Positions 23,300-37,400 of a DNA stretch of 64,000 nt are shown in pieces. Each line of letters opens with the position of its first letter. The stretch's first letter is position 1. Source of the DNA: Basidiobolus meristosporus CBS 931.73. Lineage: Eukaryota; Fungi; Basidiobolomycota. The stretch is from NCBI GenBank assembly GCA_002104905.1, contig MCFE01000214.1:62001-126000 (forward strand), given 5' to 3'. The translations under genes and the position numbers were made by a program. The notes under the pieces are model-generated. The model saw nothing but the letters and a program-made list of their open reading frames with translations, ran no database searches and was not told the DNA's origin.

Positions 23300-23970
23300 T
23301 TCAACACAGCATCCAGTGAAGTTCCACTGGTGGATGATCAGCACACAGCTGTCAAAATATCCTAGCCACCAGTATTAGAGAGTATTTTGTTAGCTCATAC
23401 CAAAGCACCAATAACACAATTAGATGTAATGGCAAATTAGAAAGCCACAATGAGGAAGAGAGATCAGGAAACAGTCTGGAGACAGGATGAGCAATTAATA
23501 CAGGTAGAGCAAGCAAAAGATGATGCTGCAAGCTGATCACAATGCTCAGGAAGGAGAAAAAGTGGTAAATGTAGTAGCTCCAGTTTGGTGGGGACATACT
23601 AACACCCACTAACAGATGGGCTCATTCCCATATTTTCTACCTATATATCTTCTGGCTACACTGATTATAGTTTTATCACATTTGTCTTACTTGATTAGAA
23701 TTATCCCATAAGCTGGCTAACTTCTACACTTGAGTATTTTAGTGCCCATGTTATTCCTCACCTCATGTGTGTTTACATGATGTAATTGCTTCTATATTAG
23801 ATAAGTGCCTGTGCCAGTGCCTGTAACACATGACAAATCCATGTCACCATCTCTACCATTATCATCTAAATGATAGCACCATGTAACATGATTTTCAAAC
23901 AATAATCTCTGATTAGTTGGATGAGCCAAGTATCTGAGAGCCCTCAAGCACCTACTCAGTGTGATGAATA
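23300..23970. repeat. ORF-X fragment (+, 23300-23560) followed by an old LTR-Y fragment (-, ~23590-23970)
   Basis: Homology to 5100-5280 and to the reverse complement of 15150-15567. Confidence 0.55.
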
Positions 23971-24217
23971 GACACATGGCAGGAGAGTAGAGCTAGGCAA
24001 GGCAGGATCAGGAAAGGACTTGGGTGTAGATCAACAAGGCAAGGCATGTTTGCAAGGCAAGGCGGATTTCCAAGGTAAGGCTGTTTATTCAAGACCTGTG
24101 TTTATCAGACTGAGGAATATATAAGGGAGGGATAGGACTATTTATACTTTTTGGCAATATAGGTGCTAAGAGATATTGGCTAGTACTGATGGGGTTCTGG
24201 GTTGAGGCACAGTAAGT

Positions 24218-24511
24218 AGACTTGTTCCATTGTACCGTGCCAGGGTGCAGCACAATCCGCGGTCGTAAAAAACAATTGGGTGGCAATATTATAACTACCA
24301 GAAGGCAGGATTGTTCTTGGACAATTTTGCACTATGCGAGACAATCTTGCACACTAATGCACAATCTGACACGATGAGGTTGGCACAGATGATTGCGCCA
24401 ACTTGTAATGTTTGCATCACATGTGCAATTGGATACCACTATAATGGCAGGTAAAATCCAGTATTTGGATATGTTTCTTTAATGTAAATGGAAATAAATG
24501 TGTATCACACT
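24218..24511 (-). mobile_element. Right terminus (~293 bp) of an inverted PHIS copy
   Basis: Reverse complement of 4578-4871, starting AGACTTGTTCCATTGTACC after AGT. Confidence 0.9.
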
Positions 24512-24694
24512 AGACTTGTTCCGCTGGATAGTGCCACATAGTGCCAGCCTGTTTATAGTGCCGGATTGATCTGGCACTCTACAGCACTATCTGGCACTAT
24601 AATTTCTACCATGATGCCAGTGGTATGATACAGTTACTGGTAATTTTACTCAATCTTACTTATGTTGCTCAGAATAGTGCTTTCCTTGCTTTAT

Positions 24695-25621
24695 TTACTC
24701 TTCGTAATGCTCCAGACACATTTCTCTCAGTGGATGTCTTCTTGTTTGAACATACTGTGCATTAATAGGTATCTTAACTATTTTACCTATTCTGCTGTTT
24801 TCACCTATATATAACTTTCCTCTGTATCTACCTGCCAATATGCTGAATCTCTTCAGATATCCAAATGTGTGCTCTACCCTTACTCTGAAATGATTAAATA
24901 TCTCATTGTAGAGCTTCTGCTTCCTGCTAAGCACACCATTCCTTGGCTTCCTATAAGCTGTAATACATCCTAATCTCTGACAATCCTCTCCTATATAGGC
25001 CAAGTCTGCCATACATTTCTCCCCTCTACTGAATTCAGGATGATTCTCTACCCAGAGTGCTTTGTCATGCCTACTTCCAGCAAATGGCCCACTAAACCAG
25101 ATGATGTTACCCTCAATGTCAGACAGTGCTTGAAACTTCACACAGTGTGCCTTGTACTTGCCAGAATAAAAGTGCCTCTGCCCTCTAGAAGGTGTGTTAA
25201 TCCTCACTGGGAAGGCATCCAAAATACTCCTGATATGGAACCTGTTGCTGAACACTCTGGGATATGGAAGTCTATTGGAGCATCTGAACCTAGTATTCCA
25301 AGCTTGCTCTAAGTCATTCATACCCTCTGCAAGGTGGTTCTCCATTGCTGTCAGCTGGGAATGAAAGCTTCTAGAACTTTTGTTGCCATGGATGGTGGGA
25401 TGAAACCTTGTAGGGCAATAGTTCTTGTAGTAGCAGAGAAGCTTAACAAGGGATCTCCTTGAGTAGATTGGGGTTGATGGTCCACAGTACTTGGTATAGA
25501 TCTCCTCCAGTGTTTCAAAAGGAAATCCAGTGGTAGTGATGGGATTGATGAGAAAAGACCATTTAGATGAGTAAGTCATATTAAAATTGAAGGATGATTG
25601 TATGGAGGCGGTTTGAATCAA
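24695..25621 (-). CDS. DDE_Tnp_4 transposase, copy 2, 308 aa, uninterrupted
   Basis: Near-identical to 1622-2548, catalytic motifs retained. Confidence 0.9.
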   Translation of the reverse strand: MIQTASIQSSFNFNMTYSSKWSFLINPITTTGFPFETLEEIYTKYCGPSTPIYSRRSLVKLLCYYKNYCPTRFHPTIHGNKSSRSFHSQLTAMENHLAEGMNDLEQAWNTRFRCSNRLPYPRVFSNRFHIRSILDAFPVRINTPSRGQRHFYSGKYKAHCVKFQALSDIEGNIIWFSGPFAGSRHDKALWVENHPEFSRGEKCMADLAYIGEDCQRLGCITAYRKPRNGVLSRKQKLYNEIFNHFRVRVEHTFGYLKRFSILAGRYRGKLYIGENSRIGKIVKIPINAQYVQTRRHPLREMCLEHYEE

Positions 25622-25937
25622 TTCGGCGCAATCTACGTTATTTATCTGATTTTTAACACATTATGGTTAAATCTCCATCAATTGCCATGTATCCCCTCAT
25701 TATGTCGCAAAAATCATCCACAAACAATGCCTTGGTACTTTTATTGATGCTTTAATCATAGGTCTATAAGCAAATAGGAAATCTGCAATTGCTGTGATCT
25801 GATCCGTGTCAACGTGATCTGAGATGCATCATGCATAATATATGGAAAATTCAACAATCCTTTAGTTTTCATATATATTTCATATAAGACCAGATTGATG
25901 CCAATATACTGCTGTATAAGTATCCAAATCCATTGCT

Positions 25938-26572
25938 ATGGTCCCCATACCAAGCCTCAACTCATCTTTAGTACAACCCAGACAAAACCCATCCCCCAGC
26001 TCACAAGTGCGGTCCGGACTGGAGAAGTCTATGTCGGATCCATTTGAGTTCTTGCCAAATGATTTTAGTATGGCCCAAGTGTCTATGATGAGCCTTCATA
26101 CAGATATTTGGACACTACTGATTAATCTAGCAGAACTAGATACCTCAGAGAGTCAACAAAGATGGAAGAATTTGAGTAGAAAGCTGTGGCATGAGTTCTA
26201 CATCAAGATGCCAGCCAATGTATGTAAAAAGATATATAACAAGACAAGTATTGAAATCAAGAATGAGCTGAGAGTGAGGGGATTTGACAAAGAAGCTGCG
26301 CAGGAACAATTTTGCACGCAATTTGCACAGTATGGGCCGGACGCGTCCATTCGTGCCTCAACTTTGGGAACCAAAGAGATTTTGAATGAGTGTTTGCCTC
26401 AAATGACTAATGTACTATGTGATATATTAGTAGAGCTAAGTGGCTTCCAAGAGCAATATACACAGGACTCATCCAGGCAACAGCTCCAAAGTATCAGACA
26501 GAAGGTAAATGAATACCTTGAGGAATCAGATGGTGAGCTTCAGGAGGAAGAATACAGACCACGAGCAACATC
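25938..26572 (+). pseudogene. Truncated ORF2 of PHIS copy 2
   Basis: Matches 2866-3500, then runs into unrelated sequence. Confidence 0.8.
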
Positions 26573-27700
26573 AGGAGCTCAAAGCCAAGCAGAATGGACT
26601 TGACTTGTTCCATAAGCATTATCCTTGAATTAAATGGGCAAATAGATCTTGGACTGGTATTGGTATGCTAGCAGAGTATCCTAAGAATACCAGAAACTAT
26701 CAGAGGTAGCAGAACAAGGGTGCCATGGCTCAAAACCAGCAGGCAGATATGCAAGCTGCAGTTCTTGCCAATTAATGCCACAAGCCTGGAACATACTGAA
26801 TCTCATCATAGCCAAGAAGAATCACCAACAGAAAACAGCTGTTCTCATAAGAGTTGGAAGTGCAGCCAGTTGAGCTACACTCCAGCAAGGTGAATTAGTG
26901 TGCTGAAAAGGGTAATTTGTCTACCACAGCATCCACATCCTTCATAATTGATAGAGTGGAGATCCCACTGACAGACAAGGCTTCAATGTCAAGAGCTCAA
27001 AAGACTATCACAATGCCTTCAGTGGAGTTTTGGAACATTAATAGGCACACCAAGAGGGTGCAGCACTTCTTCAAGAGCAGGGCTCAACAAAATGCACTCA
27101 AATATTGCAAGGATCTATTGCAAAGACTGGCAGATGAGGTGCTGGACCTTGCAGTGCCTGCTGAAGTCCAGGACATGTGGGACACAGTGAATAGACAGTG
27201 GCATAAAGTGGTTGGGTTCCCACTAAAGTTGTGGAATCAGAGCATTACAGCAGAAATACTTATTGGGTGGTAGATTTTAATGGAGCTACTTGTTGAGTGT
27301 GGGGTTGGGCTTAATGTTAGTGTAGGGTATTGGGACTTGTATAGGTCAATAAAATTGACAATTGAGAGATAACTGAAGTTTAAACGGAAATAAATCAATT
27401 TATATACATGAAACGTAAGAGAAACAGTTGAGTCAGAAAGTTAAGAGTGTGTAACAAGGTAATAGCCAATCAATGCACACAAATATTGGAGGTGATAGAG
27501 TGTCTGGGATCCAAAAGTGAGCAAATTGGTGGAGAACCAATCAAAAGCCACTTATACATTACTATGATGAAAAATTTTGACCAAGTTTTCTGTGAAATAT
27601 GGGGTGCAATTATATTTCAACAGTCTGTGGATGGTGTCCTGACAGGATCAGTACCTCTTAGCTGTGCAACTTTAACTTTGTGACTGCCTTTCAATGGGAT
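26573..27700 (+). repeat. ORF-X core/C-terminal part and downstream region
   Basis: QELKAKQNGLDLFHKHYP*IKWANRSW...MLAEYPKN is homologous to 9290-9460(-); the downstream part matches 7080-7750(-). Confidence 0.65.
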
Positions 27701-29040
27701 CATTACAATAATTTCTCATAGGGTGCTGCAATCCAAGACTAATGAAATTTTCCTCTGTGTCTGATTGTGTTAGGTACATATCTTCCACATTAGTAATGAT
27801 TACTTTATCATGCCACTGGCCAATTATCTCATAGACTTTCTGATCTGAGTTCTTCTGAAATACAATGTACCTACTTTTGATTAGCTTCCAAGCTTTTCCT
27901 CCATACATTCAATAGACCTGTTGTACAGTTTATATACTGAAGAGTACAGTTATTGCAACAGAGCTGGTCCAGAACTTGCAACCATCACAGAATCATGTAA
28001 CATATATTTCTTGTCTAAGCTATTGTTCTTTTTGCATGTTCTGCTGCAGCATTTTGTGGTGAAGTGTATGGATCAGTGGCTTGCTGAAGTAACAAGTAGT
28101 TGGGCAGTGCTTTGCAACCTCCTTGAAACAGTATTCTCCTTCATGGTCTTATCAAGGCACCTTCAATTGTGCACTCAGCTTGTGTTTCTACTATGCTCCT
28201 GAAGTGCTTGAGCATTGCTGGGGGTTTGTTGTTTGCCTTTAAGAAATAAATCCAGGTATGTCTTTTTTGTGTAGTAAGCATCATAAATATCTCTGGGCTA
28301 TTAAGAACAGTGTTCTCATTGACTCACATATGTCTGAGTGCACAATAGCCAGTATTTTGGTGGTAATAATGCCACCTGAGCTCCTGAAGCTCTTTGTAGC
28401 TTGTTTGCCACATGTTCATTCCTTACAGACATTCAACTACTGTTGTACATTATCAGACCACTGTCTTGCAAACTCCACAGCCAAATGGGGTAGCATTCTA
28501 GGCAAATAGGACAATAGCAGAGAGGGGAAGATGTAGGCTACATGATAAGGGAGTTGTCCATAGGCTTTGGGATGGATCTGTTGCTACCACAATACACATC
28601 AGGAATATATGCACAATGACAACTTTACCTGACTCTACACCCTTTGAAGTATATAATGGCAAAATATTGGATATTAGCACCCCAGGATTGTTGCAAGTGA
28701 TGTTCTCTATCAGATCCCCAACAAAAAATGATCAAAGTACAAATCGAAAACTAGAAAAAAGAACTTTCTTGGCTATTGTAAGTACATCAAAGGCTGCAGA
28801 GTGTTTGATGGAAAAATTCAGATGCTGATTAAGAGCAGGTATGTAGCATCTTAGGAGTAGTCCAATTACAAAGCTGTAAATATTATTGGCCAGCTGCTTT
28901 ATGATGCAGTTCCAACTAATGAACAAGATGTGACCATATTAAAACAGCATACTGAAGAAGATTTGCCTTATGAAGCAGTATCAACTAATGAACAATATAG
29001 GACCATATTAAAACTGGATACCAAAGAAGACCTGCCATGT
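27680..29040. pseudogene. Scrambled Copia family-D integrase remnants in both orientations
   Basis: Homology to 39300-40300; DSTPFEVYNGK; a 69 bp tandem duplication near 28900-29037. Confidence 0.55.
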
Positions 29041-29219
29041 ACAGATCAAAGCTGATTATCCCAGCTTGGAGATGTACCACATTAAGGAATGCCTTTGAAT
29101 CTTGGTGGCAGGCATTCAATGACCATGATGATGACTATAATGACTAATGTTCCAAACCTCAGAGTCTGGAACAGATAATACAGAGTACAGATGCATCTAT
29201 GTGGCAACAAGCCATTACG

Positions 29220-29882
29220 TGTTACATGTCTTGATTCAAGGGTTGTCAATGAATAGGGAGCTTAGTTAGTATTGTATTTACTAAAACTTGAACTGATTTT
29301 CTTGAGCTTCCAGCAGTCCCTTATATGAGTTTTGCCAGATCAATTGCTGACTAATTGTATTTCCTAATGTAGGTTGTGCCTTATGGCTCATCTGATTGCA
29401 TCATCATCACCCAATAAGATCCTACTTAATGAACCTATTTCTGTCTGATAAGGATCTGCTGATTCATTTGCTGACTAATGATACTGATTTGATAGATAAC
29501 ACTGATATACTGATAGGCTAAACATATAACTAACTGATTAGACTAAAAGCTGTTCTAACTTAAACATTCAAGCGGTAGATCTTAACATTTTCCCCTACTA
29601 AGGTTGAGAGGGTTCTCCTTAATCACTTTTCCTTTGATACCAATATTGCAATGGTTCAGTATTGTTAACAAATCTTGTAAGCTTGGGTCTGCCTCTATGA
29701 ACTAAGTCTTCCTAGATATTCCCTTCTTTGTCCACTAGTTGGTAAGTTGCAAGTGGGCATTCTTTGATGGTCTCAAAGGGTCTTGTTCATGATGGCACAA
29801 CTTCTTCCAAATATTGTTTCTCAGCAATACTAAGTTCCTAACTGTCAATGCTTCTGGTGATATAGTCTTATCAGATATCTGC
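29220..29882 (-). mobile_element. Gypsy 3' LTR (29220-29587, 368 bp), PPT and integrase tail; probably the 3' end of the old copy at 34500-43939
   Basis: Homologous to LTR 34132-34499; PPT AGGGGAAAA on the minus strand next to 29587; the integrase tail resumes about 70 bp from the point where 34500+ is interrupted. Confidence 0.75.
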
Positions 29883-32800
29883 TTGTAGGTTGTGGCTGAT
29901 GACTCATTTGATTGCATCATCATCACACAATAAGATCCTACTTAATATATCTATTTCTGTCTGATAAGGATCTGCTGACAAATACCAATATCTTGATGGT
30001 TCAGTATTATCAGCAAGTCTTGCAAGCTTGAGTCTGTCCCTATGAACTAAGTCTTCCCGGATACTGCCTTGTTTGTCCACCAGTTGGTAAGTTGCAAATG
30101 GACATTCTCTGATGATCTTGAATGGTCCTGTCCATTGTGGCTCAAACTTCTTCAAGTGTTGTTTCTTAGCAATACAAGTTCACAACTGTCAATGCTTCTG
30201 GTGCTATAGTCTTATCAAATCTCTGCTTCATCTTTTCTGCACTTTGAGATACTTTGGTCTGTGCCTCTTGACATCTTTGTTCCAGTTGCTGGTGTCTACT
30301 TGGCTGACTAAGTTCATCTTTTAAGGCATCTGTAAGCTTGGGTTGTGTGAGATCTCCTGGAATCCTTGGTTCACATCCATAAACTAAGTAAAATGGTGAT
30401 TGCTGGGTGGTGTTGTGTACTCTGACTCTGCATGCAAAGAGTGCTTGGTCTATATACTCATCCCATATACCAACAACTCCATTTGCATACTTGGTCAGCA
30501 TTTTTCCAAATAATCCATTAAACCGCTCAGTGACTCCATTAGTTCTGGGGTGATATGCCGAGGTTTTCAGGTGTCTGATCTGCTGCATTTCCAGGTAAGC
30601 CTCTAATGTCTTTGCCATAAAGTTTGCTCCTCTATCAGATAAGATCTCCACAGGGCATCCAAACTTCATCAGGATCTCATGGTAAATGAAACTTGCAACT
30701 TCTTGTTCACTGGCTATTGGTACAGCTTTAGCAACTGGCCATTTAGTGGCATGGTCAATTGCTACTAGGATCCAACGGTTGCATTTCCTGGTAGTTGGCA
30801 GTCTTCCAATAAAGTCAATTCCCCATCGCTCAAATGGTCTTACAGGCTCCAAAGGGAAGAGTTCGGCAATTTTTTGTGGCTGGCCTTGATTGATTTGGCA
30901 GTTTGGGCATGTTTTTACTAGCTTCTCAATGTCTTGTTTCATTCTGGGCCACCATGCTCTGGCTTTCACAAGGCTATAGATTCCTTCAATCCCAAGATGT
31001 CCGTATCCATTGTGTAGCTTATGTATTAAATCCTGGCAAGCAACATAAGGACTATAGGCAATAGGGCTTCCATCAACAATTTGGTAGAGTGTTTTATCCT
31101 GTACAACAAATTTGCTGGCTTCATCACGGATTATATCCTTGATATCTTCATCCACCTCATTAGGAATGGCTTGGTCCTCCAAGTACTTTGGTAATAGGCT
31201 AGGCCAATCCGATTCATGCACCAAGTTGAGTTGTGCAACTTGATCTAATCTTGATAAGGCATCAGCAACCGTGTTGGTTTTTCAGGGCAGTAGACAATCT
31301 CCAGGTCAAATTGCTGAATGTATTCACTCCATCTTGTCATTCTTCTAGAGAGTACCTTCAGAGTAAATATATACTTGAGGGAGGCATGATCAGTCTTCAC
31401 AGTGCATTTGACTCCTTCAATATAGTATCTCCATGTCTTCAAACAGTGTATTATAGCAAGCATCTCCTTCTCATGGACTGGATAGTTTTGTTCTGCTGAG
31501 TTCAGTTTCTTGGATTCAAAGGCAACAGGGTAGTCCTTTCCCTTGTGTTCTTGGCTCATCACTCCACCAATTGCATAATCTGAAGCATCTGTGCACAGAG
31601 TGAACTCTTTTCTGAAGTCTGGTATTCTTAGGCTTGGCAGCTTAGCAAGTTCATTCTTGAGCATCTGTAAGGCAGTCTCACAAGCTATGTCCCACTTGTA
31701 GGTATTGTCTTTCTTGAGGATATCAGTTAAAGGGGCTGCAATACTTGCAAATGACTTGACAAATCTCCAATAATAGGAAACCATTCCAAGGAAGGATCTG
31801 AGTTCTGATATGTTATGGGGCTGCTTCAAATTCTTGATTACTTCCACCTTCTTGGGGTCTAAGGTTACTCCTGTGCTAGTCACTATGTGTCCAAGGTACT
31901 CAACGTGTTCCTTGAAAAATTCACACTTGGCTAGCTTGCCATATAGCTTGTTCTCTCTTAGTTTCTTCATGACCTTTTCAATGTGCACTACGTGATCCTC
32001 TTCTTTCTTGCTATATATCAGTATGTCATCCAGGTAGATTATCACAAACTTGTCTAAGTACTCCTGAAAGACAGTCTGCATCAGCGTCATGAATGTTGCA
32101 GGGGTCTTAGTGAGGCCAACACTCATGACTAAGTACTTGTAATGTCCATATCTGGTCCTCAATGCTGTCTTAGGAATATCTTCTGGTTTCACCCTAATTT
32201 GGTTGTATCCTGACATGAGGTCAATCTTGCTGAAAATAGTGGCTCCATTAAGTTGGTCCAAAAGCTCATCAATCCAAGGTATGGGGTACTTATTCTTGAC
32301 AGTAACTGAGTTCAGGGCTCTGTAGTCAATGCACGTCCTAAGTGTTCCATCCTTCTTTTTCACAAAAAGCACTGGTGCTCCCCAGGGTGACTTGCTGGGC
32401 CTGATGTATCCTTGCTCCAATAGCTGATCAATTTGTCTCTTCATTTCCTCCAATTCCAATGGACTCATTCTGTAAGGTGTCTTGCTCACTGGAGGGCTAT
32501 CTCCTGTGTCAATGGCATGATCCACATCTCTGACTGGTGGTAGGCTTACAAGCTCATCTGGAAACACATCTGAATATTTCTTCAAGAGAGTCTGGACCTG
32601 CTGGGGTGCTGGGGTAGAGGAATCCTCCTGTAATACCACCATGAGGAACATCTTGGTACCTTTTCTAAGTGCTCTACAGAACTGGGTCTTGCTAAGTTCA
32701 CTTGTCTCACACATACTGGAATTGGCCAAGTTGAAATCCAGCCTGGCAGGTGATAGCTCATAGGTCTTGTTGTCTTTTTGGATCTGAGTAGCATGGGTTC

Positions 32801-34499
32801 TCCAGTTGATTGATGGATTACAACAAGATAGCCAGGTTTTTCCAAGTGCAAGGTCAAACTTGCAGTTCCCAAACATATAAGCCTTTAGGTCTTCTTCATA
32901 GTCATTGATCTTCATTCTTACTGGCTGGGTAATACGGTTGATTATGTGAGAGTTCCCATCAGCTGTGGAGACTGAAGTTGATGTGGTAGGTTCTGAGTTG
33001 ATTCCAGCTTTCAAGGCAAATTGTTCCGACATGTACTCATGCAATGCTCCTGAGTCAATCATGATCTTGGCAGGTACTCCATTGATTACTCCATACAAGT
33101 ATAATAGCTTTCCTGAGTTTGAGGTCATCTGGGATAGGTATTCTTCTGTCATGTGGAAGGTGAGTTCTGAGTCTTCTTCAAGCTCATCCTTCAGGTTACT
33201 ATGCTCCATGGCCTCAATACAGTTAAAGGTTCTTGATGGCTGGTGTCCATTTCTTCTCTGAGGGCAGTACTTTGCAATATGTCCCTGCTGGTGGCAATTG
33301 AAGCAACGTCCTTTCTTCTTACATTCCTCTGAGGTAGGATGCTTCTGCATAGCATCTATTTCCATTGGTACTGCTTTTGACTGTCTTCTTTCATATTGAT
33401 TGTAGCTTTTCTGATTAGTCACTGTAGGCTTCCCAACTCCAAACATAGCTGAGTCATAGTCAATGGCAATCTTGATGGCTTCTTCAATAGTCTGAGGTCT
33501 TCAATAATTCACTTCCTTGCAAGTTCTTTCTTTCAACCCATCAATAAAGTATTCAACTTGATCCAGGGGGTCCATTCTTTCACTTTGTTGAAGTAGACAT
33601 CTGTACTCATAGATGTATTCTTGAACCATTCCTTGCTGTCTGAGTGTCTTTAACTTCCTTCTTTGTAGTGTCTGCTGGTGTGGAGGTTCAAAAGCATCCT
33701 GAATTTCTGACACAAACTCATCCCCGGTAGAGATTTTAGAGCATCCCATCACAGTGGCCGACCTGATCTTGTTGTGGTACCCCTGTAAAGCTGCATCTGC
33801 CAGGTAAGAAGCTGCATAATGCAACTTGCTTTCTGGAGCAATTCCTTTAGCTTTAAAAGCTTCTTCAATCTGGAAAAGCCAAGTTCCCAGGTTTTCATTG
33901 ACTCTGCCATGGTACTGGTTGACCTTCACATTAAAGTTGCTCTTGACAGGGCTTTGCTGGCTCTGAGCCATGGTTGTCATTCCTTGTTGCTGTTGGCTGA
34001 GAATCTGGAGTAACTGTTGCTGTTGGGCCAGGATTTGCTGCATGGCATTCTTCCATTCTTGATTGTCCAACATCTTGAGGGTGGTTTCTTCTTTCTTCAG
34101 GAGGGAGGTTTCTGGTTATTGCTGCTACCAATGTTACAAGTCTTGGTATAAGAGTTGTAGAGGAATAGGGAGTTTAGCTAGTATTGTATTCACTAAAACT
34201 TGAACTGATTTTTATTCAGGTTCCAGCAGCTCCTTATATACATTTTGCCAGATCAATTGCTGACTAATTGTATTTCCTAATGTAGGTTGTGGCTGATGAC
34301 TCATTTGATTGCATCATCATCACCCAATAAGAACCTACTTAATATATCTATTTCCGTCTGATAAGGATCTGCTGATTCATTTGCTGACTAATGCTACTGA
34401 TTTCATAGGTAATACTGATATACAGATAACCTAAACATATACTAATTGATTTGACTAAAAGCTGATCTAACTTAAACATTTGAGCGGCAGATCATAACA
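29883..34499 (-). mobile_element. Ty3/Gypsy retrotransposon G1 (5' LTR 34132-34499; 3' LTR reduced to 29883-29990)
   Basis: LTR TGTTATG...GTAACA; PBS TGGTAGCAGC (34130-34121); domain order gag-PR-RT-RH-IN. Confidence 0.92.
29904..34073 (-). pseudogene. gag-pol: Gypsy single-frame Gag-Pol with an in-frame TGA (33501-33503) and frameshifts near 31260 and 30170
   Basis: Retrotrans_gag-like WLFQIEEAF; CFNCHQQGHIAKYC; IMIDSGA; YLDDILIYS; CTDASDYAIG; H-H-C-C zinc finger; WGIDFIG / SDRGANF; GPF motif; no chromodomain seen. Confidence 0.92.
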
Positions 34500-37400
34500 T
34501 AGTTGGCTAACTGAGCTTATCTTCAAAGGCATCTTCAAGCTTTAGCTGTGTGAGATCTGCTGGAATCCTTGGCTGACATCCATACACCAAGTAAAATGGC
34601 AATTGCCGGGTAGTGTTGTGTACTCTAACTCTGCATGTAAAAGTGCCTGGTCTATTTATCCCATCTACTGACAGCTACAGTTGCATACTTGGTCAGCATC
34701 TCTTGAAGTACTACATTAAACCACTCAGAGACCCCATTAGTTCTAGGGTGATATGCTGAGGTTTTCAGATGATTGATCTGCTGCATTTCCAGTTAAGCTT
34801 CTAATGTATTTGCAATAAAGTTTGCTCCTCTATTAGATACAATCTCTACAGGACTAACTTTATAAGGTTCTCATGGTAGATGAAACTTGAACTTCTTGGT
34901 CACTGGCCATTTGGTATCATGGAGTTTGCTAATAGGATCCAACAGTTGCATTCCCTGGTGGTTGGCAGTCTTCCAATAATGTCAATTCCCCATCTTTCAA
35001 GCAGTCTTACAGGCTCTAAGGGAAAGAATTTGGCAATTCCCTACAGTTAGCATTGGTCAATTTGGCAATTTGGGCATGTTTCCACTAGCATCCCAATGTC
35101 TTGTTTCATTTTGGGCCACCCTGCACTGGCCTTCACCAGGCTATAGATTTCTTCAATTCCAAGATGGACATATTTATTGTGCATCTTATGTACTGAATCC
35201 AGGCAAGCAACATAAGGGCAATAGGCAATAGGGCTTCCAGCAACAACTTGGTATAGTGTTTCATCCCATACTACAAGCATGCTGGCTTCATCTTAGATTA
35301 TCATCTGGATCTCTTCATCCATCTCATCAGGAATGGCTTGGACCTCCAAGTACTTTGATAATAAGCTAGGCCAATCTGATTCATGCACCAAGTTGAGTAG
35401 TGATATTTGCTCTAGTCTTGATAAGGCATCAGCAACCATGTTGTTTTTCCCAGTGCAGTAGACAATTGGCAAGTCAAATTGCTCAGTGTAATCTCTCTAT
35501 CTTGTCATTCTTCTGGAGAGTACCTTCTGAGTAAATATATACTTGAGTGAGGAGTGATCTGACTTCACAGTGCACTTGACTCCTTCAATGCAGCATCTCC
35601 AGGTCTTCAAGCAGTGTATTAGAGTAAGCATCTCATTCTAATGCACTGGATAGTTTTGTTGTGCTGAGTTCAGCATTTTGGATTCAAAAGCCACTGGGTA
35701 GTCCTTTTCCTCATGTTATTGACTTGGTGCTCCCCCAATTGCATAATCTGAAGCATCTGTCCTTAGAGTAAACTCTTATCCATAATCTGGTATTCTTAAG
35801 CTTGGCAGCTTAGCAAGTTCATTCATAAGTATTGGAAAGGCGGTCTCACAAGCTATGTTCAACTTCAAGTTGTTGTAATGCTGGCAAAGGACTTGCCAAA
35901 TCATTAATAGAAGGAAACCATTCCAAGGAATGATCAGAGTTTGAATATGCTATTGGGCTGCTTCAGATCCCTGATGACTTCAACCTTATTAGGGCCTAAG
36001 GTCCCTCCTGTGCTAGTTACTATGCGTCCCAGGTACTCAACATGCTCCTTCTAGAATTCACACTTTGCTAGCTTGCAAAATCGATTGTTCTCTCTCAACT
36101 TCTTCAAAATCTTTTCTATATGGACCAAGTGGTCCACCTCTGTCTTACTGTACATCAATATGTCATCTAGGTTGATTACCACAAATTTGTCCAAGTACTC
36201 CTGAAATACAGCTTGCATCAAGGTCATGATTTTTGCAGGGGCAGTGGTGAGGCCAAAACTCATAAATAGGTACCCATAATATCCATATCTGGGCCTGAAT
36301 GCTGTCTCAGGGATGTCTTCTGGTTTCATCATAGTCTGGTTGTATCATGGCATGAGGTCAATCTTGCTAAATATGATGGCTCCATTGAGTTGGTCCAAAA
36401 GCGCATCAATCCAAAGCATGAAGTATTTAGCTCATCCAACTCCAATGGACTCATCCTGCAAGGTGTCTTGCTCACTAGATGGCTATCTCCTATGTCAATG
36501 GCATGATCCATGTCTCTGGCAGGTGGTAGGCTTACACATATATACAGAATAACATCTGAATGTCCTTCAGAATATTCCTGTAATATTGCCATCAGGAATA
36601 TCTGGGTACCTTATTATGTGCTCTACAGAGCTGTGTCTTGTTAAGGTCACTTAATTAACACACACTGGAATTGACCAAGTTGAAATCCACTCTGGCAGGT
36701 AAGAGCTCATCAGACTGGCTATCTTTTTGAATATAGGTGGATGGATTGACAGAATAGCCATGCTTTTCCAAGTACAAGGTCAAACATACAGTTCCTCAAG
36801 ACTTGGGCTTGTAGGTCTGCTTCATAGTCATTGATCTACATTCTAACTGGCTGAGTACAATGGTTGATTAAATGAGAGTTTGCATCAGCTGTTGAGACTG
36901 AAGTTAATATGGTGGATTCCAGGTTAATTTAAGCTTTCAAGGAAAGTTGCCGTGACATGTACTTATGTGATGCTCCTGAGTGAATCATAATCTTGGCAGG
37001 TACTCCATTGATTACTCCAATCAAGTATAATGGCTTTCCTGTGCTTAAGGTCATTTGGGATAAGTGTACTTCTATCTTATGAGAAATGAGCACTGTTCTT
37101 CTTCATGTTACTATGCACAACAGCTTCAAAGAGGTTGCAGGTACTTGTTGACTGGTGCCCATTTCTTGCCTGAGAGCGGTTTTTTGCAATACACCCCTAC
37201 TGGTGGCAATTGAAGCAAAGTATTTTCTTCTGACAATTTTTTGAAGTGGGATTCTCCTCCCAGAATCTACTACTGTCAGCACTGCCTGTGATGGTCTTCT
37301 TCATGTGATTATAGCCTCTCTTATCAGCTATTATGGATCTGCCAGCTTCAAACAAAGCTGAGTCATTGTTGATGGCAATTTTGATTGCTTCTCCAATAGT

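Larger units (their letters stand above)
24512..26572. mobile_element. Second PHIS copy, left 2.06 kb, inserted into the right end of another copy and 3'-truncated
   Basis: Colinear with 1439-3500; left TIR follows ACT; fused to ORF-X at an ATCA microhomology near 26570. Confidence 0.9.

Noticed and set aside
26601-26613. TGACTTGTTCCAT resembling the PHIS TIR
   Set aside because: It aligns with ORF-X coding sequence (TGACCTGCACCGT at ~9405-9420 on the minus strand), has no subterminal motifs and no TSD; a chance match.
33501-33503. Stop at the same gag codon in G1 (TGA) and G3 (TAG, ~37410) as programmed readthrough
   Set aside because: It lies upstream of the zinc knuckle, the codons differ, and both can derive from an Arg CGN codon by CpG decay.
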